Shown here piece by piece: positions 50,780 to 60,830 of a DNA stretch of 64,000 nt; position 1 is the stretch's first letter; each line of letters opens with the position of its first letter. Position numbers and translations under genes: made by a program. Under the pieces are notes generated by a model that did no database searches, had not been told where the DNA came from, and was given only the letters and a program-made list of their open reading frames with translations. The DNA comes from Armatimonadota bacterium (GTDB taxonomy: Bacteria; Armatimonadota; Fimbriimonadia; Fimbriimonadales; GBS-DC), in NCBI GenBank assembly GCA_037444405.1, contig JBBIML010000010.1, positions 112,930-176,929 on the forward strand. The letters are read 5' to 3'.

Positions 50780-51557
50780 AAGCTTTCACCTCCTGTGCAA
50801 ATGCCTGATACGCGATTGCACCCCGCGAACGGGGATCGTACTCTACCACAGGCTGACCATAGCTGGGCGCCTCGCCAACGCGCACATTACGCGGAATCAC
50901 CGTGCGTGCCACTTTGACCCCGAAAAATTTGCGCACCTCAGCCTCCACCTGCTCTGCCAGCTTCGTGCGGGGATCATGCATCGTCAGCAGAACCTTCCAG
51001 ATTTCAAGCCTTGGGTTCAGGTGCTGCCTGACCAGATCGATGGTCTGCATCAGGCGCGAGAGACCTTCCAGCGCGTAATACTCGCACTGAAGCGGCACAA
51101 TCAGTCCATCCGCTGCTACCAATGCATTGACTGTTAGCAGTCCCAGAGAAGGTGGGGTATCAACGATAATCCACTGGTAGCGCTCTCGCAAGGGGGTCAG
51201 CAGCGTGCGCAGCACGGTTTCGCGGGCGATGCGCGTGGCAAACAGCAGATCGATCCCCGCCAGCTCGATGCTGGCAGGGATCAGATACAGATGAGCACGC
51301 CCAGTGGGTACAATCACCTTTTCTATAGGGCATTCCTCCTGCAGCGCGCTGAAAAGGTCGTACTCCAGCTCAGCAGTGGAAATACCCAGCCCGCTGGTCG
51401 CGTTCATTTGCGGGTCGGTGTCCACCAGCAGCACCTCATCACTCTGCGCCGCCAGCGCCGCTGCCAGATTGACAGCGGTGGTGGTCTTACCAACACCGCC
51501 CTTCTGATTGACAACTGCCAGAAGCCAGCCCGCGTTTGCCACGGCAGCTGGATTCAC
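50757..51557 (-). CDS. parA: Chromosome partitioning ATPase ParA/Soj (start may be GTG at 51542)
   Basis: NQKGGVGKTTT, DTPPSLG, QCEYYALEG, EAPSYG. Confidence 0.96.
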   Translation of the reverse strand: MNPAAVANAGWLLAVVNQKGGVGKTTTAVNLAAALAAQSDEVLLVDTDPQMNATSGLGISTAELEYDLFSALQEECPIEKVIVPTGRAHLYLIPASIELAGIDLLFATRIARETVLRTLLTPLRERYQWIIVDTPPSLGLLTVNALVAADGLIVPLQCEYYALEGLSRLMQTIDLVRQHLNPRLEIWKVLLTMHDPRTKLAEQVEAEVRKFFGVKVARTVIPRNVRVGEAPSYGQPVVEYDPRSRGAIAYQAFAQEVKAYGASRAG

Positions 51558-51633
51558 GGCGGGTCCATCGATTCCTGCAAAAATGGGGCGTTAGGGGGAC
51601 AGTAAGTGTCCCCCACAAGTTGTCGGGTCACAT

Positions 51634-51921
51634 TCAGCGGATGCGGTCTGCCAGCATGCGCCGAATAATCGCGCTGGTAACCATCTCCGCGGAGACCGTG
51701 TATTCGCCTGTGGCTATCTGCTGTTTGAGTTCGTTCACGCGCTCCTCGCGCACATCGGGAGTAGCACAGAGTTCACGCGCTACTTCCTGTGCCAGGCGAC
51801 GATTCTCCTCCTCCGAAACCTGCACAGGTTCAGGTACAGGCTCCAGAGGCGGATTCGTCTGTTGATGGCTCCGATGAAAGGTCGCCACCACTTTGCGTAC
51901 CTCTTCCAGCGAGATTTGCAT
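51634..51921 (-). CDS. flgM: Anti-sigma-28 factor FlgM
   Basis: PDVREERVNELKQQIATGEYTVSAEMVTSAII matches the FlgM C-terminal motif. Confidence 0.85.
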   Translation of the reverse strand: MQISLEEVRKVVATFHRSHQQTNPPLEPVPEPVQVSEEENRRLAQEVARELCATPDVREERVNELKQQIATGEYTVSAEMVTSAIIRRMLADRIR

Positions 51922-51968
51922 CGTTTCTGCCTCCTTCTCTTGCTGAATGGTTTCAGCAAGCCGGAGAC

Positions 51969-52050
51969 AGGCAACCCGGCTATCTGCTATTTCCAGCAGA
52001 CCCCTGGGCTTTGCGTCCCTGCATCACTGCAGGTTTGCCCTTTTCTGCCT
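51969..52050 (-). ncRNA. c-di-GMP-I (GEMM) riboswitch
   Basis: Minus strand AGGCAGAAAAGGGCAAACCTGCAGTGATGCAGGGACGCAAAGCCCAGGGGTCTGCTGGAAATAGCAGATAGCCGGGTTGCCT: GGCAAACC / GGGACGCAAAGCC / GGTCT / AGCCGGGTTGCC core, GNRA loop GUGA. Confidence 0.9.
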
Positions 52051-52069
52051 CGGCTCACTTCACTGCCTA

Positions 52070-52096
52070 TTATCGGCAGATATGCCCCGAATCTGG
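52070..52096 (-). promoter_or_regulatory. Sigma-28 (FliA/SigD) promoter
   Basis: Perfect -10 GCCGATAA (52077-52070); the -35 (CCAG) at 15-nt spacing is weak. Confidence 0.65.
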
Positions 52097-52140
52097 AGTC
52101 TCTCCATTTTCGGTAGTATCATCTGCCTTCTGGAGTCGTG

Positions 52141-54120
52141 CTATACGCGCGTCTGCTCCAGAATCCTGCGTAAACGCTGAATCTCATCGCGTAAAATCGC
52201 CGCCCGCTCGAACTCCAGCGCTTTAGCAGCCTCACGCATCTCCTGCTCCAGCTTGTTGATAACCAGCGGTAAATCCTCAAAGGCGACGCGATCAGTATCC
52301 ACCACACGATAGGCTTCACGCTCTTCCGCTACCCTGTAGGCACGCACGGTCTCGCGAACCTCTTTGCGAACCGTTTCGGGTTCGATCCCATGCTGGCGAT
52401 TGTATTCCAGCTGAATCTGGCGGCGGCGATTGGTCTCATCGATGGCACGCTGCATCGAGCCAGTGATTCGGTCGGCGTATAGAATCACCTGCCCGAACTT
52501 GTTGCGAGCTGCGCGCCCGATGGTCTGAATCAGAGCGGTCTCGGAACGCAGGAACCCCTCCTTATCGGCATCTAGCACCGCCACCAGCGACACTTCGGGC
52601 AGGTCAAGCCCCTCTCGCAGAAGGTTCACACCCACCACCACATCATACACGCCCAGCCGCAGGTCGCGCAGAATCTCCGCTCGCTCCAGAGTTTGCACAT
52701 CGGAGTGCAGGTACTGCACGCGAATGCCCAGCTCCTGCAGATACTCGGTGAGGTCTTCTGCCATCTTCTTGGTCAGCGTGGTCACCAGCACGCGCTCGTC
52801 ACGCTCGATACGGCGTCGGATCTCGCTGACCAGATCGTCGATTTGCCCCGCAGTCGGGCGCACGATAATCTCTGGATCGACCAGCCCTGTCGGGCGGATA
52901 ATCTGTTCCACAATCTGCTTGCTTACTTTGCGCTCGAACGGTCCCGGCGTCGCCGACACAAAAATCACCTGATTCACGCGCTCCAGAAACTCCTCGAAGC
53001 GCAGCGGGCGGTTATCCATCGCGGAGGGCAGCCGAAAGCCGTACTCCACGAGCGTCTTCTTGCGCTGCAGGTCGCCGTTGTACATGCCGTGTAGCTGGGG
53101 TACCGTCTGGTGTGACTCGTCGATGAACACGATAAAATCGTCCGGGAAGTAGTCCAGCAGCGTGTAAGGCGGTTCGCCAGGCTTGCGCCCATCGAAGTAG
53201 CGCGAATAGTTCTCGATGCCGTTACAGTAGCCCAGCTCGCGCATCATCTCGATGTCCATCTCGGTACGCTGGCGAATACGCTGTGCCTCCAGCAAGCGTC
53301 CCTGCGACTCAAAGTAGCGCACCTGTTGCTCCAGCTCCTCGCGAATCTGCTCGATAATCTGGTCAAGCCGATCCCAGGGTGTCACATAGTGAGTGGCGGG
53401 GAAGAAGGTGGCTCGTTCCAGCTCAGCGATGATTTCGCCTTTGAGCGGGTCATATTCGTAGATGCGTTCCACTTCGTCACCGAACAGCTCGATGCGGGTC
53501 ACCAGCTCCTCATCGGCGGGTTGCACATCGATCACATCGCCCCGAATGCGGAAAGTGCCGCGCCCCAGCACCATATCAGAACGCACATATTGCAGTTCCA
53601 CCAGACGCATCGCCAGCTCACGCGGGTCCAGAATATCGCCGCGCTTCACCGTGACAATGCTGCGCAGGTATTCCTGCGGTGAGCCAAGCCCATAGATACA
53701 TGACACGCTGGCAACCACCACTACATCACGGCGCTCCAGCACCGCCTGCGTGGCAGCATGGCGCAGGCGGTCAATCTCGTCGTTAATAGAGGCAGTTTTC
53801 TCGATATAGGTGTCGGTCTGGGGGATATAGGCTTCTGGTTGATAGTAGTCATAGTAACTGATGAAATACTGCACGGCGTTTTCGGGGAAGAAGGCACGAA
53901 ATTCCTGACAGAGCTGGGCGGCGAGCGTTTTGTTATGAGCGATTACCAGCGCGGGGCGCTGCACCTCCGCAATCACGGCAGCCATCGTGAAGGTTTTGCC
54001 CGTGCCCGTCGCGCCCAGCAGAGTCTGAAAATCGTAGCCCTTGCGAAGCCCTTCCACCAGCTTCGCAATCGCCTGCGGCTGATCACCACGCGGGGTGAAC
54101 TCGGTATTGAGCCGAAACAT
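52141..54120 (-). CDS. uvrB: Excinuclease ABC subunit B
   Basis: [43 protein letters not shown]. Confidence 0.98.
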   Translation of the reverse strand: MFRLNTEFTPRGDQPQAIAKLVEGLRKGYDFQTLLGATGTGKTFTMAAVIAEVQRPALVIAHNKTLAAQLCQEFRAFFPENAVQYFISYYDYYQPEAYIPQTDTYIEKTASINDEIDRLRHAATQAVLERRDVVVVASVSCIYGLGSPQEYLRSIVTVKRGDILDPRELAMRLVELQYVRSDMVLGRGTFRIRGDVIDVQPADEELVTRIELFGDEVERIYEYDPLKGEIIAELERATFFPATHYVTPWDRLDQIIEQIREELEQQVRYFESQGRLLEAQRIRQRTEMDIEMMRELGYCNGIENYSRYFDGRKPGEPPYTLLDYFPDDFIVFIDESHQTVPQLHGMYNGDLQRKKTLVEYGFRLPSAMDNRPLRFEEFLERVNQVIFVSATPGPFERKVSKQIVEQIIRPTGLVDPEIIVRPTAGQIDDLVSEIRRRIERDERVLVTTLTKKMAEDLTEYLQELGIRVQYLHSDVQTLERAEILRDLRLGVYDVVVGVNLLREGLDLPEVSLVAVLDADKEGFLRSETALIQTIGRAARNKFGQVILYADRITGSMQRAIDETNRRRQIQLEYNRQHGIEPETVRKEVRETVRAYRVAEEREAYRVVDTDRVAFEDLPLVINKLEQEMREAAKALEFERAAILRDEIQRLRRILEQTRV

Positions 54121-54173
54121 ATCGGCTCGATTATACCCAGAAGGGGTACAATACCCCCTGCAGGAGGCTCGAC

Positions 54174-54938
54174 ATGTTGCTACAGGGTAAACGCGGGATT
54201 ATTTTCGGCGTGGCAAACCAGCACAGCCTGGCGTGGCGGATTGCACAGCGATGTGCCCAGCATGGCGCCAGCCTCGCCATCACCTATCAAAACGAGCGAT
54301 TTGAAGACAAGGTGAACCGTTTAGCTGCCGAGTTGCCCGATGCGTTCACGCTACCGTGCGACCTGAACAACGATCAGGAGATCGCCGCAGTGGCGAACAC
54401 CCTGCGTGAGCGGTGGGGAACGGTTGATTTCATGGCGCACTGTGTGGCGTACGCGCTGCGTGAGGAGCTGGCAGGTCGCTATCTGGACACATCGCGCGAG
54501 GGGTTCAAAATCGCGCTGGAGACCAGCGTCTACACCTTTGTGGCGGCGGTGCGTCAGCTGGAGCCGATTCTGACCGACGGCGCTTCCATCCTGACGCTCA
54601 CCTATCTGGGCAGTGAGCGTGTGGTGCCAGGCTACAATGTGATGGGTGTGGCGAAGGCGGCGCTGGAGGCGAGCGTGCGCTATCTGGCATACGAGCTGGG
54701 CGAGCGCGGTATCCGTGTGAACGCGCTCTCGCCAGGTCCCGTCAGCACGCTGGCGGCGCGAGGCATTCGCGGGTTCACCTCGATGATGGAGTATGTCCGC
54801 GAGCGGGCGCCCTTCAAACGCGATACCGATCCCGAAGAGGTGGCGGACGCCGCGGTCTTCCTCTTCAGCGAGATGGGACGCGGCATCACGGGCGAGGTCA
54901 TCTATGTGGATGTCGGCTATCACATCCTGGGGATGTAG
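54174..54938 (+). CDS. fabI: Enoyl-ACP reductase
   Basis: [31 protein letters not shown]. Confidence 0.95.
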   Translation: MLLQGKRGIIFGVANQHSLAWRIAQRCAQHGASLAITYQNERFEDKVNRLAAELPDAFTLPCDLNNDQEIAAVANTLRERWGTVDFMAHCVAYALREELAGRYLDTSREGFKIALETSVYTFVAAVRQLEPILTDGASILTLTYLGSERVVPGYNVMGVAKAALEASVRYLAYELGERGIRVNALSPGPVSTLAARGIRGFTSMMEYVRERAPFKRDTDPEEVADAAVFLFSEMGRGITGEVIYVDVGYHILGM

Positions 54939-54940
54939 CC

Positions 54941-56302
54941 ATGCCGACCCGCTCACGCTCGCGGATGCTGCCTGGGCGCCCCCTGCCCGTTGAACGCCTG
55001 GCGCGCCCCTTTCAGGAGTTCGCCCAGCGAGAATCGTCCAGCGGCGTTCTGTTGATATTGTGCGCCATAGTTGCGTTATTGTGGGCAAACTCGCCGCTGG
55101 CGGCAACCTATTTTCGGCTCTGGCAGACGCCCGTGGAGGTGCGTTTTGGCGAGTGGCTCATGCTGGACAAGCCCCTGCTGCTCTGGATCAACGATGGGCT
55201 GATGGCGATGTTCTTCTTCATTGTCGGGATGGAGATCAAGCGCGAGCTGCTGGTGGGCGAGCAGGCATCGTGGCGTCAGGCGATGTTGCCGATTACTGCC
55301 GCTGTGGGGGGGATGGTCGCGCCCGCACTGATTTTCTACGCGCTGAACGCAGGCACGCCCGCAGTGCGTGGCTGGGGCATTCCAATGGCGACCGATATCG
55401 CCTTCGCGCTGGGCGTGCTGGCGCTGCTGGGCACGCGCGCGCCACTTGCGCTGAAGGTTTTTCTCAGCGCGCTGGCGATTATTGACGACATCGGCGCAGT
55501 GCTGGTGATCGCCCTCTTTTACACCGAAAGCCTGAACACGAACGCTTTCCTCTATGCCCTGTTCGCGTTTGGTGGAATGCTGCTGGCGAATCGGCTGGGC
55601 GTGCGCAACCCGCTCGTCTACTTCATCATCGGCTGTGTGATGTGGTACTTCATGCTGAAATCGGGCGTGCATGCGACGATAGCGGGCGTGCTGGGCGCAC
55701 TGGCAATCCCTGTGCGCCAGCGAATTGCGCCTGACGAATATGTCGCCTGCGTGCGCGAATATCTGCGCCGACTGGAAAGCTCCCGGCATCCAGCAACAAT
55801 TATTCTGGACCCGATCCAGCAATCGGCGGTAGAGGCGATAGAGCGCGCTTCGGAGCGGGTGCAGTCGCCCCTGCAGCGACTGGAACATATCCTGCATCCG
55901 TGGGTGGCGTTTGCTATCCTGCCGCTGTTCGCGCTGGCGAATGCAGGCGTAATGGTGGTGGGCGAGCAGAGCGGGATTGAGTGGGGCAGTCGCGTGCTGT
56001 GGGGCGTCGCACTGGGGCTGCTTGTGGGCAAGCCGCTCGGCATCACGCTGGCGTCGTGGCTGGCAGTGCGGGTCGGGCTGGCACGACTGCCAGCAAGCAT
56101 CGGCTGGATGCACATTCTCGGAGTGGGCTTGCTGGGTGGAATCGGCTTCACGATGGCGCTGTTCATCGCGCACCTCGCCTATCAGGAGCCAATGCTCAAT
56201 CTGGCGAAGATGGGCGTGCTGCTCGGCTCCATACTGGCAGGTGCTGCAGGGCTGCTGCTTCTGCGCCTGTTCACCCGCCCTCAAGCCGAGCGAGCAGAGT
56301 AA
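54941..56302 (+). CDS. nhaA: Na+/H+ antiporter NhaA
   Basis: WINDGLMA, EIKRE, PMATDIAF, LAIIDD, GIGFTM. Confidence 0.96.
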   Translation: MPTRSRSRMLPGRPLPVERLARPFQEFAQRESSSGVLLILCAIVALLWANSPLAATYFRLWQTPVEVRFGEWLMLDKPLLLWINDGLMAMFFFIVGMEIKRELLVGEQASWRQAMLPITAAVGGMVAPALIFYALNAGTPAVRGWGIPMATDIAFALGVLALLGTRAPLALKVFLSALAIIDDIGAVLVIALFYTESLNTNAFLYALFAFGGMLLANRLGVRNPLVYFIIGCVMWYFMLKSGVHATIAGVLGALAIPVRQRIAPDEYVACVREYLRRLESSRHPATIILDPIQQSAVEAIERASERVQSPLQRLEHILHPWVAFAILPLFALANAGVMVVGEQSGIEWGSRVLWGVALGLLVGKPLGITLASWLAVRVGLARLPASIGWMHILGVGLLGGIGFTMALFIAHLAYQEPMLNLAKMGVLLGSILAGAAGLLLLRLFTRPQAERAE

Positions 56303-56308
56303 AACTGC

Positions 56309-57196
56309 CTAATCGGAGCGCACCATCCCGCCGAACAACCAGCCGCCAAACAGCGCCACCAGCAGGAAGAAGTTGGCAAATGAGAATCCCAGCCGCACAA
56401 AATCGCCAACCTCCTCCACATCGATCAGCACCAGCACCAGATCGAACAGGATGCGAACCAGCGTGTAGCCCAGCAACAGCCCAATCAGCGACCAGTTGAT
56501 GTCGGTTTTGAGAATGAGCGCGAGCAACCCGCTGGCAAGGAAGTAAAGCACCAGCGTGGCGATGGGTCCACAGCAGAACAGGCTCATCAGCATCACAAGA
56601 GCGACATCGCGATAGTCTTCCACATCGTCGATGGTGCCAATCAGATGGGAGCCGGGCATCCACATACCAAAAATAAAAAAGTAAACGAGATTGCTCCAGA
56701 GCGCCCATTCAGGTCGCTGGCTGAGAATGATCACATTGATTGCCGCCAGCGGCAGCGCCACCGCCAGAAACCGCTCCAGCCGCAGGAAGAAGGGCAGCCC
56801 TTCGTGGATTTCGTACAGGATGCGAACCTCTCCGGGCGCGACGGTGGGTGTGGTGACGGTTGGGGGCGGGCGTGGGGCGCCCGGAGGCGCCATCGGCGTC
56901 GCGGTAACGGGCGGTACTGGTGATGTGGGGGAAGGCGTTGATGCGCCCGGAGGCGCCATCGGCGTGGCAACCACATCGGACGGCGGCGCGGCTGATGGCG
57001 GGCTACCCGATGGCGGCGGGCTACCCGACGGCGGTGGGGTTGTCATCACCGTCGGGTCGCTGGATGGCGCAGGTGAGCCGGGTATCTGGGGCTTATAGCC
57101 GGGCGGCGCCAGCGCGCCGGTCGCCATCACCCGCTTGCACCACTCGCACACATACGGATCGCGACTGTCCATTCCACACCAGCGACAGCGATTCAT
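56309..57196 (-). CDS. Hypothetical zinc-ribbon, Pro-rich, multi-TM protein
   Basis: CRWC..CEWC, repeats PPPSGSPPPSGS and ATPMAPPGA x2, C-terminal TM helices. Confidence 0.7.
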   Translation of the reverse strand: MNRCRWCGMDSRDPYVCEWCKRVMATGALAPPGYKPQIPGSPAPSSDPTVMTTPPPSGSPPPSGSPPSAAPPSDVVATPMAPPGASTPSPTSPVPPVTATPMAPPGAPRPPPTVTTPTVAPGEVRILYEIHEGLPFFLRLERFLAVALPLAAINVIILSQRPEWALWSNLVYFFIFGMWMPGSHLIGTIDDVEDYRDVALVMLMSLFCCGPIATLVLYFLASGLLALILKTDINWSLIGLLLGYTLVRILFDLVLVLIDVEEVGDFVRLGFSFANFFLLVALFGGWLFGGMVRSD

Positions 57197-57879
57197 CGTG
57201 TGCCTCCCTGTTGCTGCTTGAGTGTCAGTGAGCCAAGCATCTGATCGAACACCTGCTGGTAAGCCTCATACGAGCTGACGGGACAGTAGGCGTGAATGTG
57301 GATGACCTCCTCGCTGGAGATTGGCGCGGTGAACACATAACCTTTCACCCACATGTTGAACAGCGGGATGGGATGCGGAATCATGCGCTTATACTCGCTG
57401 CGGATGCCCCGCACGCCGCGCACCGTCACGATGGAACGCTTCTCCTCGTTAAAGTTGAGGTAGAGCGGATCGTCGCGCAGGGCAGCGATGCGCTCATCGT
57501 GGCGCTTGCGCACCAGCGCAGCGATATCCACACGCACATTCGGGTTGGTCGGTTGCGGAGCCAGCTGACCCAGCTGGCTCAGCGGGTTCGGCGTCTCCTG
57601 CAGCGGGCGGAAGTAGACTTCGAAGCCCGTGCGCCGACCCCGATAGAACCCCACATCGTTGCTCATTAATCCGAGTTCGGGCAACGCGAACAGCTTGCCA
57701 AACTCGGGATCGCCCGCGCGGAACCGCTTCGGCTTGCGGATGGTGAAGCGCGGCGTGTCATAACTCTCCCACTCGCTGGGGGACGGCACCCGATAGCGCG
57801 GATTGGCGAGGATAAACATCTCTACAATCAGCGCCAGTGCGCCCAGTATCCACAGCCCACGAATCGCCCAGATGCTCAT
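57193..57879 (-). CDS. Hypothetical membrane-anchored protein
   Basis: SD GAGGAGG, N-terminal TM helix, C-terminal FDQMLGSL (PsbP/DcrB-like ending). Confidence 0.6.
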   Translation of the reverse strand: MSIWAIRGLWILGALALIVEMFILANPRYRVPSPSEWESYDTPRFTIRKPKRFRAGDPEFGKLFALPELGLMSNDVGFYRGRRTGFEVYFRPLQETPNPLSQLGQLAPQPTNPNVRVDIAALVRKRHDERIAALRDDPLYLNFNEEKRSIVTVRGVRGIRSEYKRMIPHPIPLFNMWVKGYVFTAPISSEEVIHIHAYCPVSSYEAYQQVFDQMLGSLTLKQQQGGTR

Positions 57880-57965
57880 ACGAGCGACCTCCTCATCACT
57901 ACTATACGAGAACCTGCTGCTGATTCCTGCTTCCCAATCGCCATCGTGCGGGTATACTCCTTAAC

Positions 57966-58679
57966 ATGGCGAAGTTCAGGGAAGGCGATCGGGTGCGCGT
58001 CAAACAGCGCGCGGCGACAGACAGGGAGACGCAGGAGGGTTCCTACGCGCCCTATCTCGCCAGCACCACCGGCACCGTGCTGAAAGTCTACACCCCGCAA
58101 CAGATAGCCGTCCGTCTCGATATTGAGAGTCTGCCAGAAGAGGTACGCCTGCGCCACGCGGAACAGCAGGAGGCAATCTATCGGCGATGGTTCGACTCGC
58201 TCTCGGAGGAGGCGCGCAACCGCCTGACCGAAGAAGAGAAGGCGTTCCAGCTGAACTATGTGGTGTTGCTTGCCGAGAGCGATCTGGAGGCGTACAGCCC
58301 CTCTCGTGGCGGCGCGCGCTCGCGAACGCAGACGCCCAACGCCTCTGCCCAGCCCGAAGCGAAGGAAAAGAAGCGGGCATCAGCACGCACAACCGCCACC
58401 CAGCAGCCGAAACGCCGCGCCAGAGAGCCAGCCGAAACGCCCGCAAAGCCCGAAAAGCCGTCGCGCAGGTCGTCCGCCAGCGAGAGCAAGCCGACCCGCG
58501 CTGCTCGCAAGGTGGCGGCTGATAAGGGCAAGCCCTCACGCGCTGCTAAGGAGAGCCGTACTGCCTCTCGCAAGCGGGCAAAGACAACCGCGGAAGTGTC
58601 TCCTTCGCGCCCGACGCCCGAACAGCTCGACCTGATGGAGGTCGCCTACCTCAAAGCGCGCCAGCGCAAACCGCGCTAA
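57966..58679 (+). CDS. Hypothetical protein: SH3-like N-terminus plus basic low-complexity tail
   Basis: KFREGDRVRVK...GTVLKVY; K/R/A/S/P-rich C-terminal half. Confidence 0.7.
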   Translation: MAKFREGDRVRVKQRAATDRETQEGSYAPYLASTTGTVLKVYTPQQIAVRLDIESLPEEVRLRHAEQQEAIYRRWFDSLSEEARNRLTEEEKAFQLNYVVLLAESDLEAYSPSRGGARSRTQTPNASAQPEAKEKKRASARTTATQQPKRRAREPAETPAKPEKPSRRSSASESKPTRAARKVAADKGKPSRAAKESRTASRKRAKTTAEVSPSRPTPEQLDLMEVAYLKARQRKPR

Positions 58680-59401
58680 GGCTTGCGGGCAATCGCCACC
58701 AGGCTCACCCCGAACGGCAGGTTCACCCGCTGAACCAGCCGCGCCTCCCACTCCTGCAGCCGAACCAGCCAGCGGTTCAGTCGCGCACCGACAGGCACCA
58801 GCGTGGCGGCAGGCGGCGTGCGGCGCAGCCGATCCAGCCAGCGGAACAGGGCAATCGGCACAAACAGTAGCGCAACCGTGTAGGAGAGTTTCTGCACTTC
58901 GAAGCCTGCCTCGCGCAGGCGCGACGCCAGCTCCCGCGCCGTATAGCGTCGATAGTGATGCAGCGCCACATCGTGCTTGCTCCAGAGGAACCGATAGGCA
59001 GGCACGGTGATAATCAGCACGCCGCCCGACTGTAGCACGCGCCAGAACTCCCTGAGTGCAGGGCGCTCATCGGGCAGATGCTCCAGCACATCCAGCGCGG
59101 TGATGGCGCGAAAGCAGTCTGAGCGGAACGGTAGGGCTTCCAGCCGCGCCTGCAGCAGGGGGAACTCGCCACGCTGGCGAGCGTAGCGCAGCGCGAGCGG
59201 CTCAATATCCACGCCCACCACACGCCCCAGAGTATGGAGTTCACACAGCATCGCGCCTGTGCCGCAGCCCGCATCCAGAATCCACCCCTCCCCTGATGGC
59301 AGAGACGCCTTTAGCAGCCGCATCACCAGCCGCCGCCGACCGACAAACCACCAGTAATCGGTCTCGAACTGGAACATCCGCCCATACTCTTCCGCCTGCA
59401 T
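58676..59401 (-). CDS. Class I SAM-dependent methyltransferase
   Basis: ILDAGCGTG, LDVLEHL, HDVALHHYRRY. Confidence 0.9.
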   Translation of the reverse strand: MQAEEYGRMFQFETDYWWFVGRRRLVMRLLKASLPSGEGWILDAGCGTGAMLCELHTLGRVVGVDIEPLALRYARQRGEFPLLQARLEALPFRSDCFRAITALDVLEHLPDERPALREFWRVLQSGGVLIITVPAYRFLWSKHDVALHHYRRYTARELASRLREAGFEVQKLSYTVALLFVPIALFRWLDRLRRTPPAATLVPVGARLNRWLVRLQEWEARLVQRVNLPFGVSLVAIARKP

Positions 59402-59463
59402 CGTCCCTTACAGGATTGTACCTGCAACTTTTTGCAGGTGGAAGGTATACTTTGCCCTGACCT

Positions 59464-60564
59464 ATGCGAGCCTATCTGGTGCTGGAGGATGGGAGCTGGT
59501 ACGCGGGTGAAGCGATTGGTGCGGAGGGGCACACCACCGGCGAGCTGGTGTTCAACACCGGCATGACGGGCTATCAGGAGGTGCTGACCGACCCCTCCTA
59601 CGCGGGGCAGATCGTGCTGATGACCTATCCCCTCGTCGGCAACTACGGGCTGAACCCCGACGATCAGGAATCGTTTCGGGTTCAGGTAGCGGGCTTTGTG
59701 GTGCGCGAAGCGTGCGAATCGCCCTCCAACTGGCGCGCCCGCCTCACCCTGCACGACTATCTGGCGATGAATGGCGTGGTGGGCATCAGCGGCGTCGATA
59801 CACGCGCCCTCACGCGCCGAATCCGCGAACACGGCGTGATGATGGGCACCATCACCACCGACGAAACGCCTGAAGAAGCCTTCGAACGCCTGCAGTCCAC
59901 ACCGCGCTACGACGAACACGACTTCGTGTTCAGCGTTACCACACCCGAACCGTATAAGTGGGGCTATAACGGGCTGGAGCCGATGGACGCGCCCGATGAC
60001 CGCTACCGCTATCGCGTGGCGATTCTGGACTGCGGCGTGAAGTGGAACATCCCGCGCCGATTAGCCAGTCTCGGCGTGCGCTCGATCATCCTGCCCGCCA
60101 CCACAGCTGCCGAGCAGATTCTCGCCCTGAAGCCGGATGGGGTGCTGCTCTCACCCGGTCCGGGCGACCCCGCGCGGCTGGGCAGCGTGGTGGCGACCAT
60201 TCGTGCGCTGATTGGCAAAGTGCCAATGGCGGGCATCTGCCTGGGTCATCAGCTGCTCTGCATGGCGCTGGGGGCGCACACCTACAAGCTCAAGTTCGGG
60301 CATCGCGGCTGCAACCATCCCGTGAAGAACCTGCTCACGGGTCAGGTCGCCATCACCTCGCATAATCACGGCTATGCGGTTGTACCCGAGAGCCTGGAGG
60401 GCACGGGGCTGGAAGTGACGCATATCCAGCTGAACGACGGCACGATTGAGGGCGTGCGCCACCGCGACTGGAAGCTGATCACCTTGCAGTTTCACCCTGA
60501 AGCGGCGCCCGGTCCGTGGGATAGCCGCCCCTTTTTCGGCGAATTTCTGCGCTTGATGGGCTAA
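59464..60564 (+). CDS. carA: Carbamoyl-phosphate synthase small subunit
   Basis: GELVFNTGMTGYQE, TDPSY, SPGPGDP, GICLGHQ, QFHPEAAPGP. Confidence 0.97.
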   Translation: MRAYLVLEDGSWYAGEAIGAEGHTTGELVFNTGMTGYQEVLTDPSYAGQIVLMTYPLVGNYGLNPDDQESFRVQVAGFVVREACESPSNWRARLTLHDYLAMNGVVGISGVDTRALTRRIREHGVMMGTITTDETPEEAFERLQSTPRYDEHDFVFSVTTPEPYKWGYNGLEPMDAPDDRYRYRVAILDCGVKWNIPRRLASLGVRSIILPATTAAEQILALKPDGVLLSPGPGDPARLGSVVATIRALIGKVPMAGICLGHQLLCMALGAHTYKLKFGHRGCNHPVKNLLTGQVAITSHNHGYAVVPESLEGTGLEVTHIQLNDGTIEGVRHRDWKLITLQFHPEAAPGPWDSRPFFGEFLRLMG

Positions 60565-60568
60565 CCCC

Positions 60569-60598
60569 TTGACTTTTTCGCATGCGATTGGATATAAT
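60569..60598 (+). promoter_or_regulatory. Sigma70-type promoter of the str operon
   Basis: TTGACT-N18-TATAAT. Confidence 0.85.
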
Positions 60599-60604
60599 AC
60601 TGGC

Positions 60605-60830
60605 TCGGATACGCGCCTGTGCTGGGCAGGCGTGTGTCGGGAGGTTCATAAGCGAACGATGAACCGAACCAGCAGACGGCACTGTGCAACTGCACACGGG
60701 GCTTATCGGAGGCGCGGACACCGCAAGAGGTGTCCGAGACCTGGCTGAGTGCGCCTGAAGGCGCACTGCCGAAGAGCCTCTCGCCCCGCGTGTGAGAGGC
60801 TCTTTTTCTATGCCCAGCATCAGGAGGCAG
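60605..60830 (+). promoter_or_regulatory. Structured rpsL leader RNA
   Basis: At least five hairpins plus a long-range loop pairing next to the SD. Confidence 0.65.
60772..60808 (+). terminator. Intrinsic terminator-like hairpin inside the rpsL leader
   Basis: aagagcctctcgc/gtgagaggctctt stem followed by a U-run. Confidence 0.6.

Noticed and set aside
56860..57040. Short tandem DNA repeats as a mobile or contingency element
   Set aside because: They are explained by Pro-rich linker peptide repeats within a CDS.
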